DNA of 64,000 nucleotides from Acidobacteriota bacterium (GTDB lineage Bacteria; Acidobacteriota; UBA890; WLXD01): NCBI GenBank assembly GCA_965248695.1, contig CBDFKD010000002.1, positions 1,888,001 to 1,952,000 of the forward strand, read 5' to 3'. Shown piece by piece: positions 59,234 to 64,000 of this stretch (position 1 is its first letter; each line of letters starts with the position of its first letter). The notes under the pieces were generated by a model. It saw only the letters and a program-made list of their open reading frames with translations, ran no database searches and was not told where the DNA came from. The position numbers and the translations under genes were made by a program.

Positions 59234-59461
59234 CTAGAGCATCAGCAGGTAGGTGAACTTCAGGATGATCGCGCGGTTCTTCGGTCGGCTCGGCGTGCCG
59301 GTGCCCCAGTCCTGGTTGTAGACCAGGAACAGGTCGGCGCCGGGTCGGTAGATCCAGTTGAGGCGCGAGTTCAAAGTCAGCAGATCGACCGAGCTGTTGT
59401 ACTGCACCAGCGTGTTCCAGAACAGGTCGGGTGAGAACGCCAGCTTGATGCGCTCGCGCAG
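59234..59461 (-). pseudogene. Displaced 75-aa C-terminus of the DUF5916 gene
   Basis: Hand translation LRERIKLAFSPDLFWNTLVQYNSSVDLLTLNSRLNWIYRPGADLFLVYNQDWGTGTPSRPKNRAIILKFTYLLML*, typical terminal barrel strands. Confidence 0.88.
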
Positions 59462-59462
59462 C

Positions 59463-60863
59463 TCTGCTGGCGAGCGTCTCTCGTTGGAGCACGAATTCGG
59501 ACTCGCTCGCGGCGCGGCGATCGGCGCCGATACTTGGTCCTATGAACTTCTCGATCCGACGCCGAAGACTCTTCGGGCTTTGGTGAGGCACCCATCTGTC
59601 GAGGACACACACGGGTTCGACCGAGCCTCTCCGAGCCCGCTGGCGCACGGACCGAACGTCCCGGGTCGATCGCTCGTAGTCACGCTGTTGCTTTGGAGCT
59701 CCGCATTCGTGGGTTTCCACATGATTCGACTCGCTACCGTTCGGTACCCGCCGGAACGCAAGACAAATGGAAACGTGGCTCGCAGCTTCGTCGACATTGC
59801 TGCCGTAGGCTGGCGTGCCGCGCAAAGGCGGCGGGCCTTCATACTGAACGTCGCTGTATGGATCGTTTCAGTCGCGATTGTCGGGTCCATCGGTTGGTCG
59901 TCGCGGTCGCCGTTGCCGAGCGCATGGCCCGGGCGACGGTTCGGGTATCGCGTGACGACGGTGCAGACAATGAGGTTCACGACGATCCTGCCCGCGGATC
60001 AAAGGATCTTCGTTCCCGACAACGACATGCATCAGGTCGCCGTCTCCCCGGACGGAACCCATCTGGTGTATGGGGCCAATCGTCAACCGCGCGTTCGAGC
60101 TCTCTACGACGACACAGCCGTGCCGCTCACGGCGATCGAAGGGGGTCGAGGGTTCCTTTTCTCCCCGGACGGGAAGTGGATCGCTCTCTGGCGGGGGGGA
60201 GAGCTGACGAGAGTCGCCGTTGCCGGCGGTCCTGCGACCGTGTTGTGCTCTGCCGAGACCATGCTCGGGGCGACGTAGAGCGACGACGACACGATTCTCT
60301 TCGCGCAGTCCGCAGGTATCATGCGCGTCTCGAGCAACGGGGGCGCGCCCGAGTTGCTCGTGCCGGTCGTTGATGGGGAGCAAATGCGCCAACCGCAAAT
60401 GCTCCCCGAAGGTCAAACGCTCCTCTTCACTCTTCTTCCGGCCGGATCAACTTGGAGCAACGCACAAACCGTGGTGCAATCGCTCGATACCGGTGAGCGA
60501 CTCATTCTGTTCGAGGGGTTGGACACCCGCTACGTTGCGTCCGGGCACCTAGCGTACGTGCACGACGGGTCCCTGTTTGCCGTTCCGTTCGATGCCGACC
60601 GATTGGTTCTCACCGGAAGCCCGACGGTCCTCGTCGACCGGATAGTATGGAGTACTGAAACTGGGGCGGCCATGTTTGCGGTGTCGGACGCCGGCATCCT
60701 TGCGTATGCGCGCGGCGAGTCAGGCTCGACTCACCATTCTCTGGGCGGAGTCCAAGGTGGTGGCAATGAGGAGGCACTCGACTCGTCGCCAGGCGAGCTT
60801 GAACCGCCCGATGCGATTCATTTCGTGTTGAACTGGACTTCGGTTCTCCAGAATCGGGAGTAG
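59463..60863 (+). pseudogene. Membrane-anchored PD40/TolB-like beta-propeller protein; 5' end inverted, in-frame TAG at 60276
   Basis: VAVSPDGTHLVY, FSPDGKWIA, GAT*SDDDTILF (expected Trp), SGHLAY, AVPFD, terminal FVLNW motif. Confidence 0.75.
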
Positions 60864-60911
60864 AGCCCCGTCTGACTCTGCCTCGGCTCCGGAGTGTCCG
60901 GACACTAGTGG

Positions 60912-61733
60912 ATGCAAGATGCGATGCCGCAAGTAAGACAATTGCTTCTCGTTCCCATTGCCCTCTTTGCGGCCCTGTCCGCCCTTCTTGTTCTGCACGC
61001 TCCCTCGAGAGCCTACGTCTACAGAGAGCTCAGCTATCAGCTCATTGCCGACAGATTCGGCTCGGCAGAGGACGTGCGGCAATTCGTTTACGAAAACGCC
61101 TCGTACGAAAAGGCCAGTCAAGCGTGGCCGATGGACAGCGAGGTCGTTGTGTACTCCGACTCCTGGTACTACTTCGAGCGCGGCATGGCGTGGTGTGACC
61201 AGGTATCTGTGGCGATGGGAACGTTGCTGGCGAAGAAAGGTGCCGAGTCCGTCGTCACCTACTACATCGACAAGGAAACAGGGGTTTCCCCTCATACGAT
61301 CTTGTTCCAGTTGGCGAGTAATGAAGAAGACCAAGCGGTTTCCGGTTGGTATGACCCGTTGGTGGAGAAGGGGCTACTTCTTCCGTTGGAAGGCTATGAC
61401 CTCAGACCTGTCATGAATATCGACTCCACATGGATCGACGACGCAACCGGTCTCATTCCTCACAGCTTCATCTACCTGTACCAGGACTTCTATCTCTGGA
61501 TGCTTGGGCCGCAGGCTCCTAGCCTGACCGACTCGACGAGACACCACGGCCCGCCGAAGATGGAGTCCGACCCGGAGCTCGTGTTGTATTACAAAGCTAG
61601 GAACTACCAGCTATACGGCAGAATGAGGAAGGCTCAGCAGTACTACGAGCTACTCGCTCCTGGCGAGCTGGCCCGTCGGATACATGCCATGATGCCTACC
61701 GCTGACAGTCCTCCAGACGAAAGTAGTATGTGA
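60912..61733 (+). CDS. Exported/membrane protein with transglutaminase-like Cys-His-Asp pattern
   Basis: N-terminal TM; GMAWCDQ...LL..KG, SPHT, WYDP; visibly lower GC than flanks. Confidence 0.6.
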   Translation: MQDAMPQVRQLLLVPIALFAALSALLVLHAPSRAYVYRELSYQLIADRFGSAEDVRQFVYENASYEKASQAWPMDSEVVVYSDSWYYFERGMAWCDQVSVAMGTLLAKKGAESVVTYYIDKETGVSPHTILFQLASNEEDQAVSGWYDPLVEKGLLLPLEGYDLRPVMNIDSTWIDDATGLIPHSFIYLYQDFYLWMLGPQAPSLTDSTRHHGPPKMESDPELVLYYKARNYQLYGRMRKAQQYYELLAPGELARRIHAMMPTADSPPDESSM

Positions 61734-61769
61734 ATTCATCGTTCGACGGACTGTCTCGTGCCACCAGCG

Positions 61770-62549
61770 CTATGCGAGACGGGGCGGCAGGTGGATGATG
61801 AACTCGATGCGCGGCTGGATGAGCACGTTGTAGGGGTCACCCTGCTCCGCCAGCGGCACGACGCCGAGACGATCCAGCAGGTCGAAGTGCGCTGATCGAC
61901 ATGTAGCCGTGGTCACCTGCATGCGTTCGTGCCACACGCTGTAGGCTCCCAGGTGACCGTCGCGGCGGTAGTAGTAGCCGCGCAGTGGGTGGGTCAGCAC
62001 CGTGAGCGCGGTGTCGCGGTCGGCGAAACCGGGAAAGTCTGATGCCACCGCGCCGTGATGATCGAGCTCGAGCTCGGCCGGCGCCCAGCCGCCGACGGTG
62101 GTCATGCGATACTGAGCGTAGGTGTCGTCGGTGTCGAGCTGGCAATCGAATTCGATGCGTCCCCAGTGCCAGGGCAAGCGCCACAGATAGCGCGGCACAT
62201 AGACGGTGAGCGAGTGCAGCGTCGTACCGAGAAACCAGGCGGAGCGCTCGCCGGTGTCGCGGTCGCGGACGTAGACACGATAGTTGGTCTGCGCGAAGCG
62301 GAAGCGCGGGGTCGGGAAGGCGGCGGCGCGGAAGTCGACGTCCTCGAACGGGACCACGGATACCAGTGCTCGCTCCTCGCCACCGAGGTGTACGCAATCG
62401 AGCTCGAAGCGCTCGTGCACCAGCGGGCGGAGTCGTGCCGGGTCGACGGCGTAGGTCACCACGGCAAAGTGCTGCAGTGTGGTGACGGCGTCGATGCCGC
62501 TGACTGCCGGGCGCGTGCTCCCCGCGGCAGGTTCCGAGTCACGCCTCAT
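61770..62549 (-). CDS. DUF2071 (YqjF-like) protein
   Basis: YAVDPARLRPL, LVSVVPF, QTNYRVYV, WFL; ATGA-coupled to the TerC gene. Confidence 0.8.
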   Translation of the reverse strand: MRRDSEPAAGSTRPAVSGIDAVTTLQHFAVVTYAVDPARLRPLVHERFELDCVHLGGEERALVSVVPFEDVDFRAAAFPTPRFRFAQTNYRVYVRDRDTGERSAWFLGTTLHSLTVYVPRYLWRLPWHWGRIEFDCQLDTDDTYAQYRMTTVGGWAPAELELDHHGAVASDFPGFADRDTALTVLTHPLRGYYYRRDGHLGAYSVWHERMQVTTATCRSAHFDLLDRLGVVPLAEQGDPYNVLIQPRIEFIIHLPPRLA

Positions 62550-63322
62550 GTCAGGTGAGTGCGCTCCGCCAGCAGCTTCTTCTGATAGCGACTCTGTACG
62601 ACATCGGTCAACACCAGCACCCCGATGACGAAGTAGAACGTCGTCTTGCTCATCGGCGTGACCTCGTTGCCGAGCAGCCGGAGGTGCGCCAGATGGCCGC
62701 CCTCCGACAACAGCATGATGCCGACCACGAAGAGAATGAACAGCCCCAGCACCTCGTACATGCGGTTGCGCTGCAGGAAGGTCGCGACGCTGTCGGCGAG
62801 CACGATCATCATCAGCCCGCCGATGACGATCGCCGTAGCCATGACCCAGAAGACGTCGGTGAGCGCCATGGCGCCCAGGATCGAGTCGAAGGAGAACACC
62901 AGGTTCATCGCCACGATCCACAGCACGACGGTGGCCAGCGGCCGCTCACCGCGCTCTTGGTGCTCCAGATCGTCGACTGCGACCATATGCAGAATCTCTT
63001 TGGTGGCGGTGTAGATGATGAAGGCGCCGCCGAGCAGCACGATGATGCTGTGGAAGTTGAGCTCGGCCTCGACCCATCCGCTGCGCTGCAGGCTGAGGAT
63101 GGGCGCCTGGAAAACACGGATCATGCTGGTCAGCGCGAACAGCAGAACGATGCGCAGCAGGATGGCGATGCCGATACCCCAGCGTCGAACCGACGCCCGA
63201 CGGCCGGCAGGCGCCCGCTTCGACTCGAGAGCGATGTACAGCATGTTGTCGAAACCCAGCACGCCCTGAAGCAGGGTCAACAGCCCCAGGGTCACGAGGT
63301 TCTCGAGGCTGAAGATCTCCAT
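62546..63322 (-). CDS. TerC-family integral membrane protein
   Basis: VLGFDNMLYI, GIAILLRIVLL, NLVFSFDSI, LFVVGIMLL.EG. Confidence 0.92.
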   Translation of the reverse strand: MEIFSLENLVTLGLLTLLQGVLGFDNMLYIALESKRAPAGRRASVRRWGIGIAILLRIVLLFALTSMIRVFQAPILSLQRSGWVEAELNFHSIIVLLGGAFIIYTATKEILHMVAVDDLEHQERGERPLATVVLWIVAMNLVFSFDSILGAMALTDVFWVMATAIVIGGLMMIVLADSVATFLQRNRMYEVLGLFILFVVGIMLLSEGGHLAHLRLLGNEVTPMSKTTFYFVIGVLVLTDVVQSRYQKKLLAERTHLT

Positions 63323-63351
63323 CCGTCACTCCATGATTGTTCGAGAGGGCA

Positions 63352-63969
63352 TCAGGACGATGACCCGGGATTGGTGGGATTCACCGGCCGACGGGCGCGC
63401 ACCAGCATCACATCGGATTCGAAGTCGCCCTCCGGACAACCGATCGTCCGGCGGCTGACCTCACTGCGCTCGAGCACCAGAGAGCTGAGCGACGCCTCGA
63501 CCCCTTCCGGCGCGGCGAGAAGCTCCGCCGGCAGCCCCGCTTCGGCCGGGTTCAGCGGCGGCGGGATGCCGATGAGCAGCAGCACGCCCCCCGGTGCCAG
63601 CGCCGCGGCCGCGCTTGTCAGCGTGCGCCCGCGAAGGTCGGCGGGCAAGTACAGATAGCAGACGAGCACCAGATCGAAGACAGCCTCGGTGCGATAATCG
63701 ACAATGTCCGCCACCTCGCCGGACACCGTCAGGGACTCGGCGGCGGCGAGCTTTGCGAGAGTATCGATCGCCGCGGGCGACTGGTCGACCGCGGTCACCC
63801 GCCAACCCCGGCGCGCCAGCCAGAGGCTGTTGGCACCCTCTCCGGCGCCGAGATCCAGCGCCCGCCCGGCGGTCAGCCCTGCCGCCTCTTCCACCAGATC
63901 GCTGTCGGGTCGCGTCCACGGGTGCTCGTTGGCGGCGTAGTACGCATCCCACTGGCGCCCGTCTATCAT
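63352..63969 (-). CDS. Class I SAM-dependent methyltransferase (TehB-like)
   Basis: WDAYY, ALDLGAGEGANSLWLARRGWRVTAVD, FDLV, LAPGG. Confidence 0.9.
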   Translation of the reverse strand: MIDGRQWDAYYAANEHPWTRPDSDLVEEAAGLTAGRALDLGAGEGANSLWLARRGWRVTAVDQSPAAIDTLAKLAAAESLTVSGEVADIVDYRTEAVFDLVLVCYLYLPADLRGRTLTSAAAALAPGGVLLLIGIPPPLNPAEAGLPAELLAAPEGVEASLSSLVLERSEVSRRTIGCPEGDFESDVMLVRARRPVNPTNPGSSS

Positions 63970-64000
63970 TGCGGCGCCGACTCGAGATTCCTGCCCTGAC

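Larger units (their letters stand above)
58963..59461. other. Inverted ~0.5 kb segment
   Basis: Carries on its minus strand the in-frame C-terminus of the upstream gene and an in-frame N-terminus for the downstream gene. Breakpoints are uncertain by a few bp. Confidence 0.85.

Noticed and set aside
58940-59490. Classical invertase-controlled shufflon or invertible promoter
   Set aside because: No inverted recombination sites longer than about 6 bp and no recombinase in the window. The inversion itself is kept as a finding; this mechanism is unsupported.
46269-60278. Genome-wide amber recoding or pyrrolysine, suggested by two in-frame TAGs
   Set aside because: TAG is the normal stop of conserved genes here (glyA, smpB, rplY). 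No pyl genes or suppressor tRNA are in the window, and one TAG is a simple TGG-to-TAG change.

Overview
High-GC bacterial chromosomal window. Gene style (secretin-cohesin pilus/T2SS locus, wHTH-TolB-TPR regulator, kinase-type PD40 propeller) suggests Acidobacteriota; this is inference only. Left to right it holds: (1) a T2SS/type IV pilus-like operon (1-8.6 kb). (2) An ECF sigma factor and a probable anti-sigma gene, separated by amino-sugar genes. (3) A luciferase-less acyl module (flippase-like TM protein, SDR, ACP, acyl-AMP ligase, LuxE, LuxC, hexapeptide acyltransferase, GT2), probably for surface-glycan acylation. (4) hsp20 with a promoter and tandem HAIR-like operators. (5) mlaEFD interleaved with rfbC/rfbD, then alr and dnaB. 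(6) A carbamoyltransferase/SxtJ/DUF5989 triad. (7) rplI, rpsR, rpsF, hppA, pth, rplY, prs and tRNA-Gln. (8) glyA, transaldolase, acyl-CoA carboxylase genes, holB, pdxA, two REP-like palindromes, smpB, a nucleotide-sugar dehydrogenase, folK and a deoxynucleoside kinase. (9) A damaged accessory region at 56.9-61.7 kb, then a TerC/methyltransferase operon. The clearest hidden structure is a ~0.5 kb inversion (~58963-59461). It carries the true C-terminus of the upstream DUF5916 gene and the true N-terminus of the downstream gene, and flipping it restores both reading frames. All family assignments come from motif recognition by eye; no database search was run.
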